This document shows, in pieces, positions 24,937 through 39,092 of a stretch of DNA of 64,000 nt. Each line of letters starts with the position of its first letter. Within the stretch, counting starts at the first letter, position 1. The DNA is taken from NCBI RefSeq assembly GCF_009914755.1, contig NC_060948.1, one strand, 5' to 3'. The translations under genes and the position numbers were made by a program. Below the pieces are notes generated by a model. The model was not told where the DNA came from, searched no databases, and was given only the letters and a program-made list of their open reading frames with translations. Origin of the DNA: the human T2T-CHM13v2.0 reference genome, Homo sapiens.

Positions 24937-27900
24937 TTAGAATGTAATGAACTTTAATGGAATGTACTCGAATGGATTCGACTGGAATGGAATGTTCTCG
25001 AAGTGAATGGACTCCAATGGAATGGATTCGAAAGGAATGGAATCTAATGGAATGGAATTAAATGGAAATGAATCAAATTGAATAGAACGGAATTGAATTG
25101 AATGGAATCGAATGCAATGGAATCTAATGAAACGGAAAGGAAAGGAATGGAATGGATTGGAATGGAATGGGCTGGAATGGAATGGAATCGAAACGAATGG
25201 AATGGAATCGAACTGAAGAGACTGGAATGGAATGCACTGGAATGGAAGGGAATGTAATGGAAGGTTCTCGAAAAAAATGGAATCGAAAGGAATGGAATTG
25301 AATGGAACGGAATAGAGTCGAATGGAATTCAATGGAATGGAATGGACTAGAGTGAAATGGAATCGAACCACAAGGAATGGACAGGAATAGAATGGTCTCG
25401 AATTGAATGGAATCGTATGGAATGGCATCAATCAGAATGGAATGGACAGCCACGGAATGGAATGGACACCCACGGAATGGAATGCACTCGAATGCAATGG
25501 AGTCGAAACTAATGGACTGGAATAGAATGGACTCGACTGGTACGGACTCCAATGGAATGGAATCGAATGGAAGGGAATCGAACGGAATGGACTCGAAGGG
25601 AAAAGACTGCAATGGAAAGGTCTCGAATGGAATGGAAATTAATGGAATGGAACGGAATCGAATGAAATGGAGTCAAAAGGAATGGAATCGAATGGCAAGA
25701 AATCGAATGCAATGGAATCGCAAGGAATTGATGTGAACGGAACGGAATGGAATGGAATCCAAAGGAATGGAATAGAATGGAATGGAATCGAATGGAAAGG
25801 ACTCGAATGGAAATCACTCGAACAGAATGCAATTTAATAAAATAGGATCAAATGTAATGGAATGGAATGGAAAGGAATCGAAACGAAAGGAATGGAGACA
25901 GATGGAATGGAATGGAACAGAGAGCAAAGGTATAGAATGGAATGGAATCATCTGGAATGGAATTGAATGGAATGGAATAATATGAAATGGAATGGAATGG
26001 AATGGAATGCCCTTGAATTAAATGGACTGGAATGGAATGGACTCAAACAGAGTGGAATGGAAAGTGTGGATATAGAATGGAATGGACTCCTTTGGAATGG
26101 TGTAGTATGCAATGCAATCGACTGGCAGGGAATCAAAAGGAATGTAATGGAATGGATTGGACTGGAATGCAATGGACTCGAATAGATTGGAAACGGAATG
26201 CAAAGGAATGGAATGGAATAGTATGGAATGGAATGGAAAGGAATGGAGTGGAATAGACTAGAGTGGAATGGAATGGACTGGAAAGCAATGGACTGGAATG
26301 GAACTTTCTTGAATGGACTGGAATCAAACGGAATGGAATGCAATGCAATCAAATGGCATAGAATAAGATAGAATGAAAGAGAATCAAATGGAATTGAATG
26401 GAATGGAATCGAATGGATTGGAAAGGAATAGAATGGAATGGAATGGAATTGACTCAAATGGAATGGACTAGAATGGAATGGATTCGAATGGAAGGCAAAG
26501 GAATGGAATCTATTGGAATGGACTGTAATGGAATGCAATGGAAGGGATTGGAATGGACTCGAATGGAATGGACTGCAATAGAAAGGATACGAATGGAATG
26601 AAAAAGAATTGAATGGAATAGAACAGAATGGAAACAAATCGAATGAAATGGAATGGAATAGAAAGGAATGGAATGAAATGGAATGGAAAGGATTCGAATG
26701 GAATGCAAACGAATGGAATGGAATCGAACGGAATGGAATAAAATGGAAGAAAACTGGCAAGAAATGGAATCGAAATGAATGGAGTGTTATGGAAGGGACT
26801 CAAAAGGAATTGAATGTAATAGAATGGAGTGGAGTGGACTCGAATATAATGGACTTGAATGGAATGAAATCACATGGAATGGGAACGAATGGAATGGAAT
26901 GGAAAGGAATGGAATCGAATGGAAAGGAATCGAATGGAAGGGAATGAAATTGAACCAACAGGAATGGAAGGGAATAGAATAGACGGTAATGGAATGGACT
27001 CGAATAGAATGGACACGAATGCTCAAATTGAATGGACTCGAATGGAATGGAAACGAAAGGAATGTCATCGAATGGAATTGAATCGATTGGAATGAAATCG
27101 CATAGAATGGAGTGGAATCAAATGGAATTGAATCGAAAGGAAAGGAAGCGAATGGACTGAAATGAAATGGAATGGAATTGAATGGAAAGTAATGCAATGG
27201 AATAGAATGGAACGAAATTTCACGGAATGGAATCAAACTGAATGGAATCAAATCAATGGAATCTAATCAAATGGAATGGAAAGGAATTGAATGGAGTAGA
27301 TTGGATTGGATGGGATTGGAATGAAATGTACTGGAAAGGACTCGAATTTCATGAAACGGAATGGAATGAATTGGAACGGAATGGACTCGAATGGAATGGA
27401 ATGTCATGGAATGGCATCAAATGGAATGGCATCAAATGGAATGGAATCGAATGCAATGGAATGCTATGGAATGGAATGGAATGCATTGGAATGGAATGTC
27501 CTCTAATGGAATGGATTCGAGTGGAATGGAATCGAATATAATGGAGTCGAATGAAATGGAATTGAAAAGAATGGGATCGAATACAATGGAATATACTGGA
27601 ATGTAATGTAATGAACTCGAATGTAATTGACTGGAATGGAATGTATATGAATGGAATGTAATCGAATGGAAAGTAATCCAATGGAATAGAATCTAATGCA
27701 ATAAAATCGACTCAGATAGAGTAGAATGTAATGGAATGGAGTGCAGTGCAATGGAATGGAATGGAATGGAATGCAATGGAATGGAATGGAATGGGATGGA
27801 ATGTTATGGAATGGATAGTAATGGACTGGAGTGAAATGGACTGGAAAGGAATGGACTCAAATTGAAAGGGCTCGAAAGGAATGGAGACAAATGGTATGGT

Positions 27901-28480
27901 CTGGAATGGAATGAACACGAATGTAATGCAATCCAATAGAATAGAGTCGAATGGCATGGAATATAAAGAAATGGAATCGAAGAGAATAGAAACAAATGGA
28001 ATGGAATTGAATGGAATGGAATTGAGTGGAATGGGAACGAATGGAGTGAAATTGTATGCAGTAGAAGAGAATAGAATGGAATGCAAGCGAAAGGAAAGGA
28101 ATGGATTGGAATGGAATGGAATTCATTGGAATGGAAGGGAATGTAGTGTAATGGACAGGCCTGGAATAAAGTGGAATGCTACGGTCTCGAGTGGAATAAA
28201 AATGTATGGATTGGAATGCAATGAAACGGAATCGAATGTCATAGAATGTAATGGAATGCAAAAAAATGGAATCCGAAATCATTGACTGGAAAGGCTGGGT
28301 GTCGAAAGGAATTGACTCCAATGGAATGGAATCGAATGGAATGGAAGTGAATAGAATCGAACTAAATCGAATGGAATGGAATTGATAGGAACGGAATGGA
28401 AAGGAATGCAATGATTTGGCATGGAATGGAATCGAATGGCATCGAATGGAATGGAATGGAATGCAATGGAATGGAATGTA
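24937..28480 (+). repeat. DYZ1 unit 8 (3544 bp, A start then B)
   Basis: CCCAC duplication at about 25460, then B markers from GTCGAAACT (25502). Confidence 0.9.
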
Positions 28481-31400
28481 TTAGAATGTAATGAACTTTA
28501 ATGGAATGTACTCGAAAGGATTTGACTGGAATGGAATGTTCTGGAAGTGAATGGACTCCAATGGAATGGATTCGAAAGGAATGGAATCGTACGGAATGGA
28601 ATCTAATGGAATGGAATTAAATGGAAATGAATCAAATTGAATAGCACGGAATTGAATTGAATGGAATGGAATGCAATGGAATCTAATGAAACGGAAAGGA
28701 AAGGAATGCCATGGAATGGAATGGGCTGGAATGGAAAGGAATCGAAACGAATGGAATGGAATCGAACTGAAGAGACTGGAATGGAATGCACTGGAATGGA
28801 AGGGAGTGTAATGGAAGGTTCTCGAAAAAAATGGAATCGAATGGAATGGAATTGAGTGGAACGGAATAGAGTCGAATGGAATTGAATGGAATGGAATGGA
28901 CTAGAGTGAAATGGAATCGAACCACAAGGAATGGACAGGAATAGAATGGTCTCGAACTGAATGGAATCGTATGGAATGGCATCAAACGGAATGGAATGGA
29001 CAGCCACGGAATGGAATGCACTCGAATGCAATGGAGTCGAAACTAATGGACTGGAATAGAATGGACTCGACTGGTACGGACTCCAATGGAATGGAATCGA
29101 ATGGAAGGGAATCGAACGGAATGGACTCAAAGGGAAAAGACTGCAATGGAACGGTCTCGAATGGAATGGAAATTAATGGAATGGAATGGAATCGAATGAA
29201 ATGGAGTCAAAAGGAATGGAATCGAATGGCAAGAAATCGAATGTAATGGAATCGCAAGGAATTGATATGAACGGAACGGAATGGAATGGAATCCAAAGGA
29301 ATGGAATAGAATGGAATGGAATCGAATGGAAAGGACTCGAATGGAAATCACTCGAATAGAATGCAATTTAATAAAATAGGATCAAATGTAATGGAATGGA
29401 ATGGAAAGGAATCGAAACGAAAGGAATGGAGACAGATGGAATGGAATGGAACAGATAGCAATGGTATACAATGGAATGGAATCATCTGGAATGGAATTGA
29501 ATGGAATGCAATAATATGAAATGGAATGGAATGGAATGGAATGGAATGCCCTTGAATTAAATGGACTGGACTCGAACAGAGTGGAATGGAAAGTGTTGAG
29601 ATAGAATGGAATGGACTCCTTTGGAATGGTCTAGTATGCAATGCAATCGACTGGCAGGGAATCAAAAGGAATGTAATGGAATGGATTGGACTGGAATGCA
29701 ATGGACTCGAATAGATTGGAAACGGAATGCAAAGGAATGGAATGGAATAGTATGGAATGGAATGGAAAGGAATGGAGTGGAATAGACTAGAGTGGAATGG
29801 AATGGACTGGAAAGCAATGGACTGGAATGAAACTTTCTTGAATGGACTGGAATCAAACGGAATGGAATGCAATGCAATCAAATGGCATGGAATAAGATAG
29901 AATGAAAGAGAATCAAATGGAATTGAATCGAATGGAATCGAATGGATTGGAAAGGAATAGAATGGAATGGAATGGAATTGACTCAAATGGAATGGACTAG
30001 AATGGAATGGATTCGAATGGAAGGCAAAGGAATGGAATCTATTGGAATGGACTGTAATGGAATGGAATGGAAGGGATTGGAATGGACTCGAATGGAATGG
30101 ACTGCAATAGAAAGGATTCGAATGGAATGAAAAAGAATTGAATGGAATAGAACAGAATGGAATCAAATCGAATGAAATGGAATGGAATAGAAAGGAATGG
30201 AATGAAATGGAATGGAAAGGATTCGAATGGAATGGAATCGAATGGAATGGAATCGAACGGAATGGAATAAAATGGAAGAAAACTGGCAAGAAATGGAATC
30301 GAAATGAATGGAGTGTTATGGAACGGACTCAAAAGGAATTGAATGTAATAGAATGGAGTGGAGTGGACTCGAATATAATGGACTGGAATGGAATGAAATC
30401 ACATGGAATGGGAACGAATGGAATGGAATGGAAAGGAATGGAATCGAATGGAAAGGAATCGAACGGAAGGGAATGAAATTGAATCAACAGGAATGGAAGG
30501 GAATAGAATAGACTGTAATGGAATGGACACGAATAGAATGGACACGAATGCTCAAATTGAATGGACTCGAATGGAATGGAAAGGAAAGGAAAGTCATCGA
30601 ATGGAATTGAATCGATTGGAATGAAATCGCATAGAATGGAGTGGAATCAAATGGAATTGAATCGAAAGGAAAGGAAGCGAATGGACTGAAATGAAATGGA
30701 ATGGAATTGAATGGAAAGTAATGCAATGGAATAGAATGGAACGAAATTTCACGGAATGGAATCAAACTGAATGGAATCAAATCAATGGAATATAATCAAA
30801 TGGAATGGAAAGGAATTGAATGGAGTAGATTGGATTGGATGGGATTGGAATGAAATGTACTGGAAAGGACTCGAATTTCATGAAACGGAATGGAATGAAT
30901 TAGAACGGAATGGACTCGAATGGAATGGAATGTCATGGAATGGCATCAAATGGAATGGAATCGAATGCGATGGAATGCTATGGAATGGAATGGAATGCAT
31001 TGGAATGGAATGTCCTCTAATGGAATGTATTCGAGTGGAATGGAATCGAATATAATGGAGTCTAATGAAATGGAATTGAAAGGAATGGGACCGAATACAA
31101 TGGAATATACTGGAATGTAATGTAATGAACTCGAATGTAATTGACTGGAATGGAATGTACATGAATGGAATGTAATCGAATGGAAAGCAATCTAATGGAA
31201 TAGAATCTAATGCAATAAAATCGACTCAAATAGAGTAGAATGTAATGGAATGGAGTGCAGTGCAATGGAATGGAATGGAATGGAATGCAATGGAATGGAA
31301 TGGAATGGAATGGAATGGGATGGAATGGTATGGAATGGATAGTAATGGACTGGAGTGAAATGGACTGGAAAAGAATGGACTCAAATTGAAAGGGCTCGAA

Positions 31401-32004
31401 AGGAATGGAGTCAAATGGAATGGTCTGGAATGGAATGAACACGAATGTAATGCAATCCAATGGAATGGAATCGAATGGCATGGAATATAAAGAAATGGAA
31501 TCGAAGAGAATGGAAACAAATGGAATGGAATTGAATGGAATGGAATTGAATGGAATGGGAACGAATGGAGTGAAATTGTATGCAGTAGAAGAGAATAGAA
31601 TGGAATGCAAGCGAAAGGAAAGGAATGGATTGGAATGGAATGGAATTCATTGGAATGGAAGGGAATGTAGTGTAATGGACAGGCCTGGAATAAAGTGGAA
31701 TGCTACGGTCTCGAATGGAATAAAAATGTATGGAATGGAATGCAATGAAACGGAATCGAATGTCATAGAATGTAATGGAATGCAAAAAAATGGACTCCAA
31801 AATCATTGACTGGAAAGGCTGGGGGTCGAAAGGAATTGACTCCAATGGAATGGAATCGAATGGAATGGAAGTGAATAGAATCGAACTAAATCGAATGGAA
31901 TGGAATTGATAGGAACGGAATGGAAAGGAATGCAATGATTTGGCATGGAATGGAATCGAATGGCATCGAATGGAATGGAATGGATTGCAATGGAATGGAA
32001 TGTA
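28481..32004 (+). repeat. DYZ1 unit 9 (3524 bp, B then A)
   Basis: CGTACG insertion at 28588; A markers resume from about 30790. Confidence 0.9.
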
Positions 32005-35000
32005 TTAGAATGTAATGAACTTTAATGGAATGTACTCGAATGGATTCGACTGGAATGGAATGTTCAGGAAGTGAATGGACTCCAATGGAATGGATTCGAA
32101 AGGAATGGAATCTAATGGAATGGAATTAAATGGAAATGAATCAAATTGAATAGAACGGAATTGAATTGAATGGAATCGAATGCAATGGAATCTAATGAAA
32201 CGGAAAGGAAAGGAATGGAATGGATTGGAATGGAATGGGCTGGAATGGAATGGAATCGAAACGAATGGAATGGAATCGAACTGAAGAGACTGGAATGGAA
32301 TGCACTGGAATGGAAGGGAATGTAATGGAAGGTTCTCGAAAAAAATGGAATCGAAAGGAATGGAATTGAATGGAACGGAATAGAGTCGAATGGAATTCAA
32401 TGGAATGGAATGGACTAGAGTGAAATGGAATCGAACCACAAGGAATGGACAGGAATAGAATGGTCTCGAATTGAATGGAATCGTATGGAATGGCATCAAA
32501 CGGAATGGAATGGACAGCCACGGAATGGAATGGACACCCACGGAATGGAATGCACTCGAATGCAATGGAGTCGACACTAATGGACTGGAATAGAATGGAC
32601 TCGACTGGTACGGAGTCCAATGGAATGGAATCGAATGGAAGGGAATCGAACGGAATGGACTCGAAGTGAAAAGACTGCAATGGAAAGGTCTCCAATGGAA
32701 TGGAAATTAATGGAATGGAATGGAATCGAATGAAATGGAGTCAAAAGGAATGGAATCGAATGGCAAGAAATCGAATGTAATGGAATCGCAAGGAATGGAT
32801 GTGAACGGAACGGAATGGAATGGAATCCAAAGGAATGGAATAGAATGGAATGGAATCGAATGGAAAGGACTCGAATGGAAATCACTCGAATAGAATGCAA
32901 TTTAATAAAATAGGATCAAATGTAATGGAATGGAATGGAAAGGAATCGAAATGAAAGGAATGGAGACAGATGGAATGGAATGGAACAGAGAGCAATGGTA
33001 TAGAATGGAATGGAATAATCTGGAATGGAATTGAATGGAATGGAATAATATGAAATGGAATGGAATGGAATGGAATGCCCTTGAATTAAATGGACTGGAA
33101 TGGAATGGACTCGAACAGAGTGGAATGGAAAGTGTTGAAATAGAATGGAATGGACTCGTTTGGAATGGTCTAGTATGCAATGCAATCGACTGGCAGGGAA
33201 TCAAAAGGAATGTAATCGAATGGATTGGACTGGAATGCAATGGACTCGAATAGATTGGAAACGGAAAGCAAAGGAATGGAATGGAATAGTATGGAATGGA
33301 ATGGAAAGGAATGGAGTGGAATAGACTAGAGTGGAATGGAATGGACTCGAAAGCAATGGACTGGAATGGAACTTTCTTGAATGGACTGGAATCAAACGGA
33401 ATGGAATGCAATGCAATCAAATGGCATGGAATAAAATAGAATGAAAGAGAATGAAATGGAATTGAATCGAATGGAATCGAATGGATTGGAAAGGAATAGA
33501 ATGGAATGGAATGGAATTGACTCAAATGGAATGGACTAGAATGGAATGGATTCGAATGGAAGGCAAAGGAATGGAATCTATTGGAATGGATTGTAATGGA
33601 ATGGAATGGAAGGGATTGGAATGGACTCGAATGGAATGGACTGCCATAGAAAGGATTCGAATGGAATGAAAAAGAATTGAATGGAATAGAACAGAATGGA
33701 ATCAAATCGAATGAAATGGAATGGAATAGAAAGGAATGGAATGAAATGGAATGGAAAGGATTCGAATGGAATGCAATCGAATGGAATGCAATCGAATGGA
33801 ATGGAATCGAACGGAATGGAATAAAATGGAAGAAAACTGGCAAGAAATGGAGTCGAAATGAATGGAGTGTTATGGAACCGACTCAAAAGGAATTGAATGT
33901 AATAGAATGGAGTGGAGTGGACTCGAATATAATGGACTGGAATGGAATGAAATCACATGGAATGGGAACGAATGGAATGGAATGGAAAGGAATGGAATCG
34001 AATGGAAAGGAATCGAATGGAAGGGAATGAAATTGAATCAACAGGAATGGAAGGGAGTAGAATAGACGGTAATGGAATGGACTCGAATAGAATGGACACG
34101 AATGCTCAAATTGAATGGACTCGAATGGAATGGAAACGAAAGGAATGTCATCGAATGGAATTGAATCGATTGGAATGAAATCACATAGAATGGAGTGGAA
34201 TCAAATGGAATTGAATCGAAAGGAAAGGAAGCGAATGGACTGAAATGAAATGGAATGGAATTGAATGGAAATTAATGCAATGGAATAGAATGGAACGAAA
34301 TTTCACGGAATGGAATCAAACTGAATGGAATCAAATCAATGGAATATAATCAAATGGAATGGAAAGGAATTGAATGGAGTAGATTGGATTGGATGGGATT
34401 GGAATGAAATGTACTGGAAAGGACTCGAATTTCATGAAACGGAATGGAATGAATTAGAACGGAATGGACTCGAATGGAATGGAATGTCATGGAATGGCAT
34501 CAAATGGAATGGAATCGAATGCGATGGAATGCTATGGAATGGAATGGAATGCATTGGAATGGAATGTCCTCTAATGGAATGTATTCGAGTGGAATGGAAT
34601 CGAATATAATGGAGTCTAATGAAAGGGAATTGAAAGGAATGGGACCGAATACAACGGAATATACTGGAATGTAATGTAATGAACTCGAATGTAATTGACT
34701 GGAATGGAATGTACATGAATGGAATGTAATCGAATGGAAAGCAATCCAATGGAATAGAATCTAATGCAATAAAATCGACTCAAATAGAGTAGAATGTAAT
34801 GGAATGGAGTGCAGTGCAATGGAATGGAATGGAATGGAATGCAATGGAATGGAATGGAATGGAATGGAATGGGATGGAATGGTATGGAATGGATAGTAAT
34901 GGACTGGAGTGAAATGGACTGGAAAAGAATGGACTCAAATTGAAAGGTCTCGAAAGGAATGGAGTCAAATGGAATGGTCTGGAATGGAATGAACACGAAT

Positions 35001-35558
35001 GTAATGCAATCCAATAGAATGGAATCGAATGGCATGGAATATAAAGAAATGGAATCGAAGAGAATGGAAACAAATGGAATGGAATTGAATGGAATGGAAT
35101 TGAATGGAATGGGAACGAATGGAGTGAAATTGTATGCACTAGAAGAGAATAGAATGGAATGCAAGCGAAAGGAAAGGAATGGATTGGAATGGAATGGAAT
35201 TCATTGGAATGGAAGGGAATGTAGTGTAATGGACAGGCCTGGAATAAAGTGGAATGCTACGGTCTCGAATGGAATAAAAATGTATGGAATGGAATGCAAT
35301 GAAACGGAATCGAATGTCATAGAATGTAATGGAATGCAAAAAAATGGACTCCAAAATCATTGACTGGAAAGGCTGGGTGTCGAAAGGAATTGACTCCAAT
35401 GGAATGGAATCGAATGGAATGGAAGTGAATAGAATGGAACTAAATCGAATGGAATGGAATTGATAGGAACGGAATGGAAAGGAATGCAATGATTTGGCAT
35501 GGAATGGAATCGAATGGCATCGAATGGAATGGAATGGAATGCAATGGAATGGAATGTA
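32005..35558 (+). repeat. DYZ1 unit 10 (3554 bp, subtype A)
   Basis: CCCAC duplication, SalI site, GCGATGG and GGGACCG present. Confidence 0.9.
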
Positions 35559-38500
35559 TTAGAATGTAATGAACTTTAATGGAATATACTCGAATGGATT
35601 CGACTGGAATGGAATGTTCTTGAAGTGAATGGACTCCAATTGAATGGATTCGAAAGGAATGGAATCTAATGGAATGGAATTAAATGGAAATGAATCAAAT
35701 TGAATAGAACGGAATTGAATTGAATGGAATCGAATGCAATGGAATCTAATGAAACGGAAAGGAAAGGAATGGAATGGATTGGAATGGAATGGGCTGGAAT
35801 GGAATGGAATCGAAACGAATGGAATGGAATCGAACTGAAGAGACTGGAATGGAATGCACTGGAATGGAAGGGAATGTAATGGAAGGTTCTCGAAAAAAAT
35901 GGAATCGAAAGGAATGGAATTGAATGGAACGGAATAGAGTCGAATGGAATTCAATGGAATGGAATGGACTAGAGTGAAATGGAATCGAACCACAAGGAAT
36001 GGACAGGAATAGAATGGTCTCGAATTGAATGGAATCGTATGGAATGGCATCAAACGGAATGGAATGGACAGCCACGGAATGGAATGCACTCGAATGCAAT
36101 GGAGTCGACACTAATGGACTGGAATAGAATGGACTCGACTGGTACGGACTCCAATGGAATGGAATCGAATGGAAGGGAATCGAACGGAATGGACTCGAAA
36201 GGAAAAGACTGCAATGGAAAGGTCTCGAATGGAATGGAAATTAATGGAATGGAATGGAATCGAATGAAATGGAGTCAAAAGGAATGGAATCGAATGGCAA
36301 GAAATTGAATGTAATGGAATCGCAAGGAATTGATGTGAACGGAACGGAATGGAATGGAATCGAAAGGGATGGAATGTAATCGAATGGAAAGGACTCGAAT
36401 GGAAATCACTCGAATAGAATGCAATTTAATAAAATAGGATCAAATGTAATGGAATGGAATGGAAAGGAATCGAAACGAAAGGAATGGAGACAGATGGAAT
36501 GGAATGGAACAGAGAGCAATGGTATAGAATGGAATGGAATCATCTGGAATGGAATTGAATGGAATGGAATAAGATGAAATGGAATGGAATGGAATGGAAT
36601 GCCCTTGAATTAAATGGACTGGAATGGAATGGACTCGAACAGAGTGGAATGGAAAGTGTTGAAATAGAATGGAATGGACTCCTTTGGAATGGTCTAGTAT
36701 GCAATGCAATCGACTGGCAGAGAATCAAGAGGAATGTAATCGAATGGAAAGGACTGGAATGCAATGGAATCGAATAGATTGGAAACGGAAAGCAAAGGAA
36801 TGGAATGGAATAGTATGGAATGGAATGGAAAGGAATGGAGTGGAATAGACTAGAGTGGAATGGAATGGACTCGAAAGCAATGGACTGGAATGGAACTTTC
36901 TTGAATGGACTGGAATCAAACGGAATGGAATGCAATGCAATCAAATGGCATGGAATAAAATAGAATGAAAGAGAATCAAACGGAATTGAATCGAATGGAA
37001 TCGAATGGATTGGAAAGGAATAGAATGGAATGGAATGGAATTGACTCAAATGGAATGGACTAGAATGGAATGGATTCGAATGGAAGGCAAAGGAATGGAA
37101 TCTATTGGAATGGACTGTAATGGAATGGAATGTAAGGGATTGGAATGGACTCAAATGGAATGGACTGCAATAGAAAGGATTCGAATGGAATGAAAAAGAA
37201 TTGAATGGAATAAAACAGAATGGAATCAAATCGAATGAAATGGAATGGAATAGAAAGGAATGGAAAGGATTCGAATGGAATGCAATCGAATGGAATGCAA
37301 TCGAATGGAATGGAATCGAACGGAATGGAATAAAATGGAAGAAAACTGGCAAGAAATGGAATCGAAATGAATGGAGTGTTATGGAACGGACTCAAAAGGA
37401 ATTGAATGTAATAGAATGGAGTGGAGTGGACTCGAATATAATGGACTGGAATGGAATGAAATCACATGGAATGGGAACGAATGGAATGGAATGGAAAGGA
37501 ATGGAATCGAATGGAAAGGAATCGAATGGAAGGGAATGAAATTGAATCAACAGGAATGGAAGGGAGTAGAATAGACGGTAATGGAATGGACTCGAATAGA
37601 ATGGACACGAATGCTCAAATTGAATGGACTCGAATGGAATGGAAACGAAAGGAATGTCATCGAATGGAATTGAATCGATTGGAATGAAATCACATAGAAT
37701 GGAGTGGAATCAAATGGAATTGAATCGAAAGGAAAGGAAGCGAATGGACTGAAATGAAATGGAATGGAATTGAATGGAAATTAATGCAATGGAATAGAAT
37801 GGAACGAAATTTCACGGAATGGAATCAAACTGAATGGAATCAAATCAATGGAATCTAATCAAATGGAATGGAAAGGAATTGAATGGAGTAGATTGGATTG
37901 GATGGGATTGGAATGAAATGCACTGGAAAGGACTCGAATTTCATGAAACGGAATGGAATGAATTGGAACGGAATGGACTCGAATGGAATGGAATGTCACG
38001 GAATGGCATCAAATGGAATGGCATCAAATGGAATGGAATAGAATGCAATGGAATGCTATGGAATGGAATGGAATGCATTGGAATGGAATGTCCTCTAATG
38101 GAATGCATTCGAGTGGAATGGAATCGAATATAATGGAGTCGAATGAAATGGAATTGAAAGGAATGGGATCGAATACCATGTAATATACTGGAATGTAATG
38201 TAATGAACTCGAATGTAATTGACTGGAATGGAATGTACATGAATGGAATGTAATCGAATGGAAAGTAATCCAATGGAATAGAATCTAATGCAATAAAATA
38301 GACTCAAATATAATAGAATGTAATGGAATGGAGTGCATTGCAATGGAATGGAATGGAATGGAATGCAATGGAATGGAATGGAATGGAATGGAATGGAATG
38401 GAATGGGATGGAATGGTATGGAATGGATAGTAATGGACTGGAGTGAAATGGACTGGAAAAGAATGGACTCAAATTGAAAGGGCTCGAAAGGAATGGAGTC

Positions 38501-39092
38501 AAATGGAATGGTCTGGAATGGAATGAATACGAATGTAATGCAATCCAATAGAATGGAATCGAAAGTTATGGAATATAAAGAATTGGAATCGAAGAGAATG
38601 GAAACAAATGGAATGGAATTGAATGGAATGGAATTGAATGGAATGGGAACGAATGGAGTGAAATTGTATGCAGTAGAAGAGAATAGAATGGAATGCAAGC
38701 GAAAGGAAAGGAATGGATTGGAATGGAATGGAATTCATTGGAATGGAAGGGAATGTAGTGTAATGGACAGGCCTGGAATAAAGTGGAATGCTACGGTCTC
38801 GAATGGAATAAAAATGTATGGAATAGAATGCAATGAAACGGAATCGAATGTCATAGAATGTAATGGAATGCAAAAAATTGGAATCCAAAATCATTGACTG
38901 GAAAGGCTGGGTGTCGAAAGGAATTGCCTCCAATGGAATGGAATCGAATGGAATGGAAGTGAATAGAATGGAACTAAATCGAATGGAATGGAATTGATAG
39001 GAACGGAATGGAAAGGAATGCAATGATTTGGCATGGAATGGAATCGAATGGCATCGAATGGAATGGAATGGAATGCAATTGAATGGAATGTA
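35559..39092 (+). repeat. DYZ1 unit 11 (3534 bp, mosaic)
   Basis: No CCCAC duplication; deletions near 36365 and 37260; doubled GGCATCAAAT; private variants after 38170. Confidence 0.9.
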
